Shown: positions 30,523 to 41,624, counted from the stretch's first letter. The stretch: 64,000 bases of DNA from a virus (IMGVR_UViG_3300034121_001409:11195-75194), one strand, 5' to 3'. Notes: a model not told the origin generated them from the letters alone. Program-made: numbers and translations.

Positions 30523-31704
30523 TTATAGTTTGCTCAATATCTCCGGATTTGATTCGATTGCTTCTTTTGCAAGTGCAACCCAATCTTCTTTTGTCGCTTC
30601 AACAAGGTCTCCTCCGTTGTCTTTGGATATTTTCTTACCATCTTTATACAACTCCACAATACCTCTCATTGGGTTAAAACGGATAGATTTGTTGTTTATA
30701 AACTCTTCCACTTTCGCTTCGATTCCAACAGGTGTCAATGGCGTATTCGCTTCTTCCTTACCCTCTTCTTGCGGCTCTAATGTTTGTTTCTTTTTAGCAG
30801 AAACCTGTCCGGCAGTAATCGAGTTCTTGTTGTTATATTCGTTCTTTAAGAAATCATACGTTGATGGGCTTGATTTTAATGCAGAAGTTAACGCTGCTAA
30901 ATCATCCTGACCTCTTCCGATATCAGCTACAGGGTCTCCCTTCTTGTCACCAAAGTTTATTCTCCACTCCCTTCTGCCTGAGAACTCCTTTACCTCTACC
31001 AATTTGGCTTCAACAAATTTCTGTGAATCTGCTTTTACATTTACATCTGAAGAGCTAAACTCAGCTACGAATTTATCTACATCCTCACGCACCCTTTTAG
31101 CCACCTCTGAGCGAACAATAGACTCGCTTAATACAAACGCCTGTTTTCTTCCTTTAGATTGCAAATAAGCCTGTAATTTCTCCAATGGTGCTTCTCTTAA
31201 TACATGGGTCTCCCATTTATTAATCTTCAACATTGAATCCATATCTGAGTTTGCTATATTCTGTGGATTGAATAATTTATATCTTGGCGATGTTGTTTTA
31301 TACAAAGAGTCTGCACAATCCGGATACATCAATAAATATGCAGCTAAATCAAGTTTGTTTTTTGGAACCAACTTGTTGCTTTTAATGAAAATTAATTCTT
31401 TGTTTTTTACAGGGCTGATATCCTGCTCCTGAAACCCACCACGATTAAATGATTTAATTTGAGTACAATAAGCATATGTTATTGTTGACTCCGGTGTGTT
31501 TACAGTAAACTTTGTTTCTAAAATCGTCTTATTTCTAAAGACTACCTTTTTTTGGAAGTGGTCTTTTTGACCATTCATTTTAAAGTCAAACCCACTACTG
31601 TGATGTTTGCTTATTGGGAAACCTAATGCTTTCTCGATTATGTCTTTTACTTCCGTTCCGGAAACTTCTTCCCAATTTCCAATACCTACTTTCTTAACTA
31701 ACAT
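30523..31704 (-). CDS. Capsid-module protein downstream of MCP (positional analogue of crAss gene 75)
   Basis: Synteny only. Confidence 0.45.
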   Translation of the reverse strand: MLVKKVGIGNWEEVSGTEVKDIIEKALGFPISKHHSSGFDFKMNGQKDHFQKKVVFRNKTILETKFTVNTPESTITYAYCTQIKSFNRGGFQEQDISPVKNKELIFIKSNKLVPKNKLDLAAYLLMYPDCADSLYKTTSPRYKLFNPQNIANSDMDSMLKINKWETHVLREAPLEKLQAYLQSKGRKQAFVLSESIVRSEVAKRVREDVDKFVAEFSSSDVNVKADSQKFVEAKLVEVKEFSGRREWRINFGDKKGDPVADIGRGQDDLAALTSALKSSPSTYDFLKNEYNNKNSITAGQVSAKKKQTLEPQEEGKEEANTPLTPVGIEAKVEEFINNKSIRFNPMRGIVELYKDGKKISKDNGGDLVEATKEDWVALAKEAIESNPEILSKL

Positions 31705-31724
31705 GATTTTTAATTTATTTTCTT

Positions 31725-31765
31725 AAAAAATAAAAAGGCAGGGTAACACTTGCTACCCTGCTTTT
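31725..31765 (-). terminator. Intrinsic terminator after major capsid gene
   Basis: GCAGGGTA/TACCCTGC stem with a T-rich tail on the minus strand. Confidence 0.75.
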
Positions 31766-31778
31766 GTTTATTATTATA

Positions 31779-33389
31779 CTATACTGAAGAACTTGAAGTT
31801 TCAATAGCCGGATGTCCGAGAACGAACAAGTTGGCTGATGCAGCCCATCCTCCGAACTCACCTCTGAAGTGGATTCGTGATACGTCAAAGTCATCAGTTG
31901 GTTTTTTAACCAGCTGCTCTCCGGCACTACCTGTAGAGAAGATTTCCACCTCTCTTGTGTAAGAGCCTTTCTTAGCGTACACATATCCCCAATATGGCAT
32001 CTCTGCTCCGTTGTATTCTGCTCCGAATTGCTCATTCATAGAGGCTGTAGTAGCCTGATTCTTGAACGTTCCGATTGGCATCAACAGGTACATATTTCTG
32101 TATGTATAAGAAGCACCGCCTAACATTTCAGGGTCATCGAAAGAAGTCACATATTTAAAGTGATACTTTCTTGGAGATGGCATCAATGATACTGATTGGA
32201 AACCTACAGCAACAGCTAATGCATTAGACTCATCCGGTGTTAAATTACCGTAGAGTTCGCCTGATACATATTTGTTTTCAGAATCAGTTCCTACATAATC
32301 TTTCAACACTTCTCTCAGTTCCTGACCGAATGGCGCACCATATGTCCACGCATAGTTGTATGGAGCATTTTCTGCATCCAACAGGTCATTGGTTTGGTCA
32401 AAATCTGACATTCCAAATGCACCTACAGTGTATGGGTTAGTGTTACCGTTCTGAGCAACAAATGGATACAATCCCTGAGTTGTACGAACCGCAATGCCTT
32501 CTAAATCCGGCTCTACTACAGAAGCATCGTTTTCGAAGTAGTTATCATTCAGAGTACCGAATGCAATCGCACCATCTCTTGACAGCTTCAATCTGCGTTC
32601 TGCTTCTTCTGCGCCTAACACTTCATAAGATACCATTTTTTGTCCATCGAACTCAAATGGGAACTCCTGAATCTGATATGCACGAACATAAGAAGAACCT
32701 GTCTTGCTGTCATCATCTTTAATGATTTGTAATTGATTCTTGTAGGTAGCCCATCTTGAGTTGATACCTCGTCTTTGCTTACTTCCTTCAGCATTGGCAT
32801 TTGAGATAACAGCTATAGTGTTTCCGGCTCCCTGTCCGACTCCACCTAACAAACTTATTAAATCCACACTTGCATCATTTGGCACACAAGTAATTTCCAA
32901 TGTTCCCATTGGAGCCTGTGAGATACCTGTTACCCAAGCATTCACGAATGTTGTGTGATTAATTTGGAAGTGTAAAATATCCTTTGTACGAGCATAAGAT
33001 GATTTGATACCATTGCTTCCTGTATAAACAGTAGATGGGTCTAATTGGAAAGTGATAGCTGCGCCATCTCCACCTGCACCTGCGTATCCATCTTCTGATA
33101 CAACCAATGCCTGTACGGTACGGTCTTTTTCAAAGTGACCATACTCACCATTTTCTCCGGCTACTACCGGAATTTGAAAACCTAAATATTTGATTAAGTC
33201 AGCGAAGAAGAACTTATCTGTTCTTGGATGACGATTTACCGCATTTGGTAAATATACAGGTTTGAACATTTCTCTGTCGAAAGAAGAAATTAGCTGTGTG
33301 TTCCACACACCTGCGGATATTGCCGAAGGTTTTAAGTTAATTGGGGCTACTACCGGAGTGTCACCAATTTTGTATACGCTTACTGCCAT
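31779..33389 (-). CDS. Major capsid protein
   Basis: terL-portal-scaffold-MCP order; EGS...YKNQLQIIK...TGS and TTQGLYPFV motifs; followed by a strong terminator. Confidence 0.8.
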   Translation of the reverse strand: MAVSVYKIGDTPVVAPINLKPSAISAGVWNTQLISSFDREMFKPVYLPNAVNRHPRTDKFFFADLIKYLGFQIPVVAGENGEYGHFEKDRTVQALVVSEDGYAGAGGDGAAITFQLDPSTVYTGSNGIKSSYARTKDILHFQINHTTFVNAWVTGISQAPMGTLEITCVPNDASVDLISLLGGVGQGAGNTIAVISNANAEGSKQRRGINSRWATYKNQLQIIKDDDSKTGSSYVRAYQIQEFPFEFDGQKMVSYEVLGAEEAERRLKLSRDGAIAFGTLNDNYFENDASVVEPDLEGIAVRTTQGLYPFVAQNGNTNPYTVGAFGMSDFDQTNDLLDAENAPYNYAWTYGAPFGQELREVLKDYVGTDSENKYVSGELYGNLTPDESNALAVAVGFQSVSLMPSPRKYHFKYVTSFDDPEMLGGASYTYRNMYLLMPIGTFKNQATTASMNEQFGAEYNGAEMPYWGYVYAKKGSYTREVEIFSTGSAGEQLVKKPTDDFDVSRIHFRGEFGGWAASANLFVLGHPAIETSSSSV

Positions 33390-33420
33390 GTTGTTTGTTT
33401 TTTATGTTGTTTTTAATTTT

Positions 33421-34443
33421 TTAACGATAAAAAGATAAATTTTCCTTCTTTTGTTCTCCTTCATCGTTTCCTTTTAGTTTCCCATCACCTTCTATTTCTT
33501 CAATTTCGCCTTTTAATGCTTTGGATTTTACATCAACCACAATCGAAGAAATAATATTGTCAAAATTTCTTGTTATGTAGTCATTTTTCAACAAATCTAC
33601 AATCTTGTCAATATTTTCCTTACTTGAAGTTATTCTGTTTTGTACAGCGTAAGCCTCAGCATTTTCTATCATTGATTTGATTTCCTGTTCCGGTACAGGA
33701 TGCACATAAGTATATTTAAAGTCTTTTTGCTCTGCCTTGATTTCAATTGTTTTCAGCTTATCTACAGTCATTGAAAGCTCTCTGTTTCCAACCCAATTCT
33801 TTTGTAGTTCTTGGATTTGTGCCTGAGCTTTTTCCTGCTTAGATTCGTTGGTTTCAACTCCATCAAAAATACCCTTCTTTTTTTCTGCCAAAAACTCTCT
33901 CGATTTTTTAGCTTCTTTCTCGATTTTTATTTCAAGAAGTGCGTATTCTCTTTTTGCTTTATTAAGCTCATCAGTGTCAGATAAATCGTAACCTTTCTGT
34001 TCGGCAAAAAATTCCATACTTGGAAAATCATTGTCAACTAAAAGTTGTGCTTTAGATAATGGTAACCCATCCTCTATAGCAACTCTTTTTACGATTGCCT
34101 CCCTGTCTGAAACCTCATCAACATTTGTCATAGATAAATCAACAAATAACTTTATGGTATCTTGCGATGCTCCATTGGCTACAAGCTGATTCATTTCTTT
34201 AGTGAATGAATTAGCATACGCTTTGTCGGGTGCAATAAAACCTTCATATTCCTTTAGCTTGTCTGCCGGAACATAACGTTCATCGAAATTTGCAAAGAAC
34301 TCTGTTGTTTCCTCAGCCGTCTTGAATCTTCCACCTGTCGTGCTTTCAATTAACTGAGGTATATCTAATGGCGGTTTTGGTTCCTCTGAGCCTCCACCAC
34401 TTCCTGTTTCATCATTATAATGAATACCTAAATTTCGTTTCAT
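33421..34443 (-). CDS. Putative capsid scaffolding protein
   Basis: Acidic, coiled-coil; between portal and MCP. Confidence 0.55.
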   Translation of the reverse strand: MKRNLGIHYNDETGSGGGSEEPKPPLDIPQLIESTTGGRFKTAEETTEFFANFDERYVPADKLKEYEGFIAPDKAYANSFTKEMNQLVANGASQDTIKLFVDLSMTNVDEVSDREAIVKRVAIEDGLPLSKAQLLVDNDFPSMEFFAEQKGYDLSDTDELNKAKREYALLEIKIEKEAKKSREFLAEKKKGIFDGVETNESKQEKAQAQIQELQKNWVGNRELSMTVDKLKTIEIKAEQKDFKYTYVHPVPEQEIKSMIENAEAYAVQNRITSSKENIDKIVDLLKNDYITRNFDNIISSIVVDVKSKALKGEIEEIEGDGKLKGNDEGEQKKENLSFYR

Positions 34444-34530
34444 TGTCTTAAATTTTTATCTTAAAAAATACTATGGTGCAAAATAAGTTCGTTTTTTTAT
34501 ATAAAACAATAGGGTCAGTATTTTTTTTTA

Positions 34531-36933
34531 CTAAGCCTGTTGTTGCGGTTGCTCCATAGCTGTGTTTAAATATTTCATCAACTCATCCATACTCGGTTTT
34601 ATACCTTGAGATATAAGTCCTACCTGCTGACGGAGTGCTTCGTTTTCTAATACTCCATCTTCTAAATCTGCCTCTATAGCCTTAAGGTTTGCATCGTATA
34701 CGAATTGATTGTGAGCCAAACTCATATCCATAGCAGCCTTTGTAACAATAGTTTTTCGTGCCTCTTCCTGTGCAAGTTGAGCAGACATTCTTTGTTGCTC
34801 ACCGTTAGCCTGTATATCTTGCTGTTTTCTCTCTTGGTCTTTTACTTCCTGCTCTTTAACAGATTTTCCCAACATCAATTGAGCCAATGGAATATTACCT
34901 GCCATGATAACTCTATATAGTCCTATGTAAACATCTTCAGTAATTCCACCATAACCAAACTTAGCTCTTTGTTGAGTCAGACCAATTAACTGCTGTAATA
35001 AGAATTGTTTTTCTTGGTAATTAGAAGAAAGGGTAACCTTCAGGTTGAACTTTATACCTGCAATATCTTCTGTGAGTTTTATTATCTCGATATCGTCTTC
35101 ATGCAGTGGGTGGTATTCAATATCAATCTCACCATCCTTGCATATTTGTTGCCATCTCAACATAGATGAAGTATAAGCAGCCTCTGATAACTCTCGCATT
35201 GCAGCGTATTCCGGCTGTATTGAATTGTTTGCTGCTTCTAATTTCGCCTCCCCTTGAACCTTTAGCATTCTTTCTGAATCTGTACTACCATTGGCAACAT
35301 CATTCATTCCGGTATTGATACTTATATTATTTCTATGTTCATTTATTCCGTCAGAAAATATTTTAAACTGCTCAAATGCATTTGATTGTATAGGGGCAAC
35401 AAGGGAGTGTATGTTTGCTATTGGGTTACCATGAGAATCGACAGTATCCAAACTCATGATACCTTTCTCTAATAGCATATTCATTAAATCTGTAGGAGTT
35501 TTTATCTCTCCATCAAGTTCTGTGTTTTCAAGTGCTGATTTATTAAATATCATAGCAGGTGGAGCCGGTATAGCGGCTATAGCATTTCTTCTTTTGTAGG
35601 TCAAAATATTTATCATATCAATATCCGGAACCATTCTTTCTACCTTAGATGTAACTCCTGTTGTTGCTACATGATAAGATAATATTCCTTTTTTATATCC
35701 GGTCTTGCCTTGTCTTGGTGTGTTGTCATTTTTATCACAACCAAAAGCAAAATCAGTTCCTATAATCCATTTGCACTCATACTGATACTGCACTCTTTTT
35801 TCTATCAACTTAGCACCTCTTGCTTCTTCGCTTTTATCAAGTTTGTAGTCGTATGGTTTTTCGCTGAAATCAAGAGTTCCGTATTTCTCAATATTTTTTT
35901 CTCTGAATTTTCTAACGTCTGAGCTTAACCAACATCCATCCAACACCCAAACTTTTATATGGTCATAAGGATAATACCCATTCTCATTATAACATTGTGT
36001 GTGCTGAACACTTGCGAATGCATTATTGAATCCGTATTCCTTAGCAATCATCATTAAGTGCTTCTCCTGTAGTTTACTTTCATTTCTTATTTCCGCTATA
36101 GTCATCTGTCTGATTTCTGCCGCCATTGTTATATCTCTGAAATCAAGATATTTTGAACATGGCAGAAGCAGCATATCAGGGTCTACATACCTCAATATCG
36201 GAGTGTTTATAGAATGGTCAATATAATCCTTTACAGCAACTATACCGATATCAAAAAGGTCTGCAAATAACATATACTTTAACATCCTCCATTTGGATTC
36301 AGTATTGGTTACATTTAATGCTTTCTGAAGTTTAATTTCTTCTTGGAGTTTTAAGCCTCCTGTCTTCACAAACAAATCAACATCCTGCTCAGATTCAAAT
36401 TGTTGCTCCGGTTGTTTAAAATCAACACCTAATGAGCCGATGAAATTTTTAAATGTTTGATTCTGCCATATTTTTAACGCAGCTATTTCTTTTTTTCTTT
36501 TATATTGCGATGCAGGGTCTACAGCTCTTACTGCAACATCATAATCCATCTTGTCGTATATTCCCAATATTTGGTCTCTTAGGTTAACATGACCTCTGTC
36601 TTGTTCCCAAGATATATTCATGTACGATTTTTTTCTTTGGTTACCCTTGCTGTCTTTTCCAAGTAACTGCTCTTTATATTTATCGGTGTTGGTTTGTCCT
36701 TTTGCATAAGAGCGCAAAGTTGAATACTTTGAGTTACCTCCGTTTATAATTCCATTGAGTAATCCTCCGGTGTGAAGCATACCGTTTGCTCCTAAAGTAA
36801 AAAGGTGCTTCATTACTGAAACATAGTACGACATCTCTTCCTTTTTCTTAGGGTCGATGTCGTGGTGCGGCATACGGTTGGATATTATATTATCCTGACC
36901 TTTATGTGTTTCGACTAATTTATTTAGATTCAT
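34531..36933 (-). CDS. Portal protein
   Basis: 800 aa after terL; LRSYAKGQ...KYK, YMNISW, LRYVDP and TGMND motifs. Confidence 0.85.
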   Translation of the reverse strand: MNLNKLVETHKGQDNIISNRMPHHDIDPKKKEEMSYYVSVMKHLFTLGANGMLHTGGLLNGIINGGNSKYSTLRSYAKGQTNTDKYKEQLLGKDSKGNQRKKSYMNISWEQDRGHVNLRDQILGIYDKMDYDVAVRAVDPASQYKRKKEIAALKIWQNQTFKNFIGSLGVDFKQPEQQFESEQDVDLFVKTGGLKLQEEIKLQKALNVTNTESKWRMLKYMLFADLFDIGIVAVKDYIDHSINTPILRYVDPDMLLLPCSKYLDFRDITMAAEIRQMTIAEIRNESKLQEKHLMMIAKEYGFNNAFASVQHTQCYNENGYYPYDHIKVWVLDGCWLSSDVRKFREKNIEKYGTLDFSEKPYDYKLDKSEEARGAKLIEKRVQYQYECKWIIGTDFAFGCDKNDNTPRQGKTGYKKGILSYHVATTGVTSKVERMVPDIDMINILTYKRRNAIAAIPAPPAMIFNKSALENTELDGEIKTPTDLMNMLLEKGIMSLDTVDSHGNPIANIHSLVAPIQSNAFEQFKIFSDGINEHRNNISINTGMNDVANGSTDSERMLKVQGEAKLEAANNSIQPEYAAMRELSEAAYTSSMLRWQQICKDGEIDIEYHPLHEDDIEIIKLTEDIAGIKFNLKVTLSSNYQEKQFLLQQLIGLTQQRAKFGYGGITEDVYIGLYRVIMAGNIPLAQLMLGKSVKEQEVKDQERKQQDIQANGEQQRMSAQLAQEEARKTIVTKAAMDMSLAHNQFVYDANLKAIEADLEDGVLENEALRQQVGLISQGIKPSMDELMKYLNTAMEQPQQQA

Positions 36934-36937
36934 GTAG

Positions 36938-36945
36938 CAAAATTA
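36938..36945 (-). promoter_or_regulatory. -7 box (TAATTTTG) 4 nt upstream of the portal ATG
   Basis: Exact TAnnTTTG in the terL-portal gap. Confidence 0.55.
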
Positions 36946-36962
36946 CACTTCCTTTTCTTTAA

Positions 36963-39122
36963 TTACAATATAGTATTCTCTTCAAAATACTGCCTGTTTC
37001 TATCCTTCCTCAATTCATCTCTCTTCTTGTTGCGCTGCTTTTCAGCTTCAACCAAATGCATACTTAATGAATTTCCGTATAATGCATAAGCACAGGCTGA
37101 GAACAAGTCATAGTCAGTCATCTTATCATAAGTAACAGAAAGGCATTCATCAAGAAACTCATTATGAAACTCGTAATCACACGATGAGAGTATATGCTCC
37201 TGCACAACCATAAACAATGCATCCTTTGTTAAATCATTCGTTACATCACCTGAGTTATCTTTTAACTTCTGCTTCTTTTCGTCATACTTATGCATTAAGT
37301 ATCCAACATATTTTCTCTTCTTAAATCCATCCTGTATGTGTGGATGGTTCATCTCAGGAAACATTTGACATCCGTAAAAAACACACATCTTTATCATGTC
37401 ATCAATGTACTCCTCTTTTGAAGGTGGTCTAAAATTATAGGTGCAAACAAATCTTTTTGTTTTATACCTAAACCACATATCATTCTTCTGCTTATCTGTC
37501 AACCCTTCAGGCATATCTGAAAGCGGAGACTCCATTACCGGATTGAATCTCATAAACACTGCTCCACCACCATTAGAACCCTCTCCTTCGGTAACATCAA
37601 AATTAAATGTGTCACCTCCTGCCACAAACAGATGACCGTTTGCAGGAACCTTAATACCACCTCTTATGGTACTCTTGTTTCTTAAACTTTCGCTTGGTAA
37701 ATATGAAACCCTGAATCTTCCTTTTGGGTTGTCAATAAATTCAACCTCTGTATTTTTTTCTCCGTTTTTCCATACAAAATCTCCAACCCTGATATAATCA
37801 TTTCCATTAAAGAAAAACATTGACCTCTTGTAAAGTTTGTCTTTATCGAATGGACACTTGGCTGCATTGATAGTAAAACACTCTCTTGTTGTGTATGGAA
37901 ATTTTCTTATGTTCTCGTAATAAGAGCCGGAGCCTTCTTTAAGTGAGCTTCTTTCAATATCTAATTTCTCTTTTGATTCTCTGAGTTTACTCATTCCAAA
38001 ATCATCAATCATCTCTCCGTCATACGCAGGGAAAAATATTCTCCATAATCCGGTTTCTGTTCTATTTAATGCATTTCTTTTATGGTAATCTGAACCATCC
38101 CATATTGCCTTAAATGGCTTGAATCCTTCTCTTCCAACTTCCTCAACCGTTGTGGTGTGATGAGAGAATCCTGTCTTCTGACCAAACGGATTAAACATGG
38201 CAGGTTTTACAACATCCCATCTCTGCATAGCATTTACAGTTTCAAGTTTACCTTCCTCATCTGATATATAATATCCGAGATATGTTGAGTCATATGCAGA
38301 AGCCTTAGCTGACCTGAAATCACAGAAGCTACCTAAATCAATCTGTTCAATTTGCTCACCTTCTCCGGTTGTAAATTTTAACTCAGAAGCCGGAGCTGAT
38401 AATAAATGGCTATGTATTGGTTGAAAAAAGAACGGCATACCTTTCCAACCAAGAACAACCTTATCGAAAAGGTCACTCGCATCTTTATCATTTTTTGATT
38501 GTATTCCGCAATGCCTGTTTATCATTCTCGTCATTTCTTCATACAAGCTCATTGCTGCTCTTACGGATTTACCTGTCTTACGTCTCGTCATTTCAACGAT
38601 TCCTATGCAATCCTTATCATTAACTGCTTCTGTAAGAAAATGGAAAAAACGCCTGTCTCTGTCCATATACACAATCTCAGATTCTGTAACTGACCAATAG
38701 TTCATCCAATAGTACATCTTTCCGGTGATGTATGTACGAACACCATTATTGAAGAACCAAACACCATATAACCTTCTTCTCCACTCCTCAAGTATAAACC
38801 TCCAAATATCATCGTACTTGTCTTTGCTTTTACGAAGCTCCTTGTGCATCTCATCAGCAAATATCTTCCGGTCTGCTTTCATTCTTGTTCGACCATTATG
38901 CTCATCTACTTCCTTGCTTATTCTTTTCATTAAAGCAGTAAGACGTTCAGGGTATTTTACACGATAAAATTTCTGTAAATGCTGTGGCATTCCATAATTT
39001 AAAATATCCCTGTCATTAGGGATATCAGGGCATGGAAACACAATTTCTTTTAAGTCATCGTCTAAATCATTGACTATAACAACCTGTTCCTGCGGCTTAT
39101 ATTTGTGGTCAAGAATTATCAA
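36963..39122 (-). CDS. terL: Terminase large subunit
   Basis: YITGKMY, Walker A (TRRKTGKS), Walker B (YISDEEGK), nuclease GGD...GSNGG, YNFRP, PEMN and DYD motifs. Confidence 0.9.
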   Translation of the reverse strand: MIILDHKYKPQEQVVIVNDLDDDLKEIVFPCPDIPNDRDILNYGMPQHLQKFYRVKYPERLTALMKRISKEVDEHNGRTRMKADRKIFADEMHKELRKSKDKYDDIWRFILEEWRRRLYGVWFFNNGVRTYITGKMYYWMNYWSVTESEIVYMDRDRRFFHFLTEAVNDKDCIGIVEMTRRKTGKSVRAAMSLYEEMTRMINRHCGIQSKNDKDASDLFDKVVLGWKGMPFFFQPIHSHLLSAPASELKFTTGEGEQIEQIDLGSFCDFRSAKASAYDSTYLGYYISDEEGKLETVNAMQRWDVVKPAMFNPFGQKTGFSHHTTTVEEVGREGFKPFKAIWDGSDYHKRNALNRTETGLWRIFFPAYDGEMIDDFGMSKLRESKEKLDIERSSLKEGSGSYYENIRKFPYTTRECFTINAAKCPFDKDKLYKRSMFFFNGNDYIRVGDFVWKNGEKNTEVEFIDNPKGRFRVSYLPSESLRNKSTIRGGIKVPANGHLFVAGGDTFNFDVTEGEGSNGGGAVFMRFNPVMESPLSDMPEGLTDKQKNDMWFRYKTKRFVCTYNFRPPSKEEYIDDMIKMCVFYGCQMFPEMNHPHIQDGFKKRKYVGYLMHKYDEKKQKLKDNSGDVTNDLTKDALFMVVQEHILSSCDYEFHNEFLDECLSVTYDKMTDYDLFSACAYALYGNSLSMHLVEAEKQRNKKRDELRKDRNRQYFEENTIL

Positions 39123-39745
39123 GGCTTAGGTATTTTTATTTTCTTACGGACAACAAGCTCTGTGAAGCCTTCAACCCTTGCATGAGAAAGGAAATCATCA
39201 TCCGCTTCCGATTCTAAGTTTTTATCTGACATAAATATCTGACGCTTCATCTCAGATATCCTCTTCAACATATCATGTAATTGCTTCTGTGTTTTTTCGG
39301 TTACAGCAACAGCTTCAACAACATCCTCATTTTCTGAGTCCTGCTGCATCTTAAACAACATCCTGTCATAAGATATTGATGAAACCATAAGAAGCGAATA
39401 CTCCTGACTTTGCTGAAGTGTGCAAAATCTTATAGCCATCCTGTTGGCAGAAGAATTTTTACCGTCAATTATACTAATAACATCATCGTTAAAATCCTTG
39501 CTATTTTTAGACAGCAGTATCTCCATCGCTTTAACCTTTCTGTCTTTTATGTTCTCGAAATCTTTCACCATAACAGATTGCTTATGGTAAACCATCTCCA
39601 TGTAATTAAAGAATAAATCTTCATTCACCGGAAGAGGCTCTTGGAACTCTTTGTACAGGTTTAATGTATTCCAAAGTTTTCGAACACCTTTAGGGTTCCC
39701 ATGTGGGTTCCAAAATAAATTTTCAAAATCTTCTTTGTTGTACAT
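39119..39745 (-). CDS. Hypothetical helical protein, possible terminase small subunit
   Basis: Overlaps the terL start (ATGA); coiled-coil C-terminal half. Confidence 0.4.
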   Translation of the reverse strand: MYNKEDFENLFWNPHGNPKGVRKLWNTLNLYKEFQEPLPVNEDLFFNYMEMVYHKQSVMVKDFENIKDRKVKAMEILLSKNSKDFNDDVISIIDGKNSSANRMAIRFCTLQQSQEYSLLMVSSISYDRMLFKMQQDSENEDVVEAVAVTEKTQKQLHDMLKRISEMKRQIFMSDKNLESEADDDFLSHARVEGFTELVVRKKIKIPKP

Positions 39746-39746
39746 C

Positions 39747-40004
39747 TTACTCTACTAAATAAACATCAGATTGACGAAGAACTTTATGCACCTCGCCTTT
39801 ATATTTAAAATCAAAACCTACAGAGCTTTGGTAATATACGATATCACCTTCCTTAAGCTCCATAGGTTCATTTGGTTTACCTTTCCCTGTTGACACAACA
39901 GTTCCCCTGCTTGGCTTTTCTTTCGCAGATTCAGGCAATATAAGCCCTGTATTGTTTTCTTCCGGTATTGGAAGAACAAGTACCTTATCAAATAGTAATG
40001 TCAT
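39747..40004 (-). CDS. groES: Co-chaperonin GroES
   Basis: DKVLV.P...TGLILPESAKEKP..GTVVSTG.G...LKEGD.V...LRQSDV is the Cpn10 signature. Confidence 0.93.
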   Translation of the reverse strand: MTLLFDKVLVLPIPEENNTGLILPESAKEKPSRGTVVSTGKGKPNEPMELKEGDIVYYQSSVGFDFKYKGEVHKVLRQSDVYLVE

Positions 40005-40008
40005 TGTA

Positions 40009-41610
40009 TTAGTTTATTGATTCTAAATCTTCAGAAATAACGCACTCAGTAGTCAGGTATAAACATCCAACAGAAGCTGCATTCTCCAATGCAACCCTGA
40101 TAACTTTTATTGGGTCTATAATACCAACCTTCAACAAGTCGGAGTATTTCTTGTTTTTAATATCGTATCCTTCTCCCTCTAACAACATAGACACATCGTG
40201 CTTTGATGGGTCTACGCCTCCATTTTTTAAAATCTGATTATACGGTTCATTTATTGAATCCAATACAACATTGTATCCCAATGAAAAACCAAAAGAAAGG
40301 TGTTCGAATTTCTTACTTCTTAATTTTGCAGAAATCTTCGTAAGCGTAGCTCCACCTCCGGCAACAAAACCTTCATCAATAGCAGAACGAACTGCACATA
40401 AGGCATCGTCAACCCTGTCTCTTTTTTCTACAACTTCTGTTTCTGTAAATCCACCGATTTTAATAACAGCTATTCCATTTTTAATTTTCGCCAATCTTCT
40501 CTTTGCAAAATCTCTTTCGAAGTCTGTTATACCATCAGAGGATATCATATCCTTTAATTCTGATATTCGAAGATTGATTGCTTCGAAATCACCACCACCT
40601 TTAGCTATAATTGTTCTGTGTTTATCCACTGTGATTTTTTCTGCTTTACCAAAATGAACAAGGGATGCATCCTTCAGTAAGATACCTGCATCATCACTGA
40701 TTATTGTTGCCCCTGTCACAGTTGCAATATCATCCAAAAACAAATTTCTTTCTTCTCCAAAAGAAGGAGCCTTTATTACACAAACACCTTTTGGTATACC
40801 GCCTTGTTTTAGGTTCATTAAAAGAAACGACATCGCCTCTCCTATAACATCTTCTGCTATAATTAAAAGCGGCTTGTTTACCTTGACGGCATCCTGCACT
40901 AACTTCAGGATATCCTGAGTATAAACTATAGTTTTATTTACAATAACAACCACCGGATTATCCATCTCTGCACTCATCTTGCTTTTATTGGTTACAAAAC
41001 CAACATTAATATAACCCCTGTCTATAAGCAATCCGTCTACCGTCAGTAAACTGTTCTCATTACTATTGCTGTTCTCAGCAGTAACTATTCCATCTATACC
41101 AACTTTTTCATAGGCATCATAAATAAGGCTTCCAATAACAGAATCATTGTTTGCAGATATCGCTGCAATATCATTTATTACCGAGAAGTTTTCGTCTGTA
41201 ATATTCACAGACCTTGATTTAAGTTCACCTACCACATCTCTTACAGCAGTTTCAATTCCATCTTTTATTTCTAATGGAGCATCTTCTGCTTCTAATGCTT
41301 CGTCAATTTTACCAACTATGGATTGAAATAAAACTGTAGCTGTAGTGGTTCCATCTCCGGCTACCTCTACTGTTTTCTGAGCTACATCCTTAACCATGAG
41401 CGCACCCATGTTTTCAGCAGGGTCTTTAAGCATAATGCTTTTTACCACTGTTACGCCATCTTTTGTGTTGTGCGGTATGGCTCCATATTTTGTGATTGCT
41501 ACATTTCTTCCTTTTGCACCAAGTGTTAACTTTACAGCATTTGCAATCTTGTCTATTCCGGCTCTTAATTGTTTTCGGGCTTCTGCACCGAATGTTAAAT
41601 TCTTAATCAT
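40009..41610 (-). CDS. groEL: Chaperonin GroEL
   Basis: TLGAKGRNV, TKDGVTV, AGDGTTTATV, KAPSFGE, EKRDRVDDAL and GIIDP.KV motifs; no GGM tail. Confidence 0.96.
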   Translation of the reverse strand: MIKNLTFGAEARKQLRAGIDKIANAVKLTLGAKGRNVAITKYGAIPHNTKDGVTVVKSIMLKDPAENMGALMVKDVAQKTVEVAGDGTTTATVLFQSIVGKIDEALEAEDAPLEIKDGIETAVRDVVGELKSRSVNITDENFSVINDIAAISANNDSVIGSLIYDAYEKVGIDGIVTAENSNSNENSLLTVDGLLIDRGYINVGFVTNKSKMSAEMDNPVVVIVNKTIVYTQDILKLVQDAVKVNKPLLIIAEDVIGEAMSFLLMNLKQGGIPKGVCVIKAPSFGEERNLFLDDIATVTGATIISDDAGILLKDASLVHFGKAEKITVDKHRTIIAKGGGDFEAINLRISELKDMISSDGITDFERDFAKRRLAKIKNGIAVIKIGGFTETEVVEKRDRVDDALCAVRSAIDEGFVAGGGATLTKISAKLRSKKFEHLSFGFSLGYNVVLDSINEPYNQILKNGGVDPSKHDVSMLLEGEGYDIKNKKYSDLLKVGIIDPIKVIRVALENAASVGCLYLTTECVISEDLESIN

Positions 41611-41624
41611 TGTACTATTTTTAA

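Noticed and set aside
31715-32035. Alternate-frame ORF overlapping the MCP 3' end (possible frameshift extension)
   Set aside because: It runs through the terminator hairpin, no slippery site was identified and the composition is not protein-like.
34479-34486. Promoter upstream of scaffold/MCP (TTATTTTG)
   Set aside because: One mismatch to TAnnTTTG in very AT-rich DNA; plausible but unsupported.
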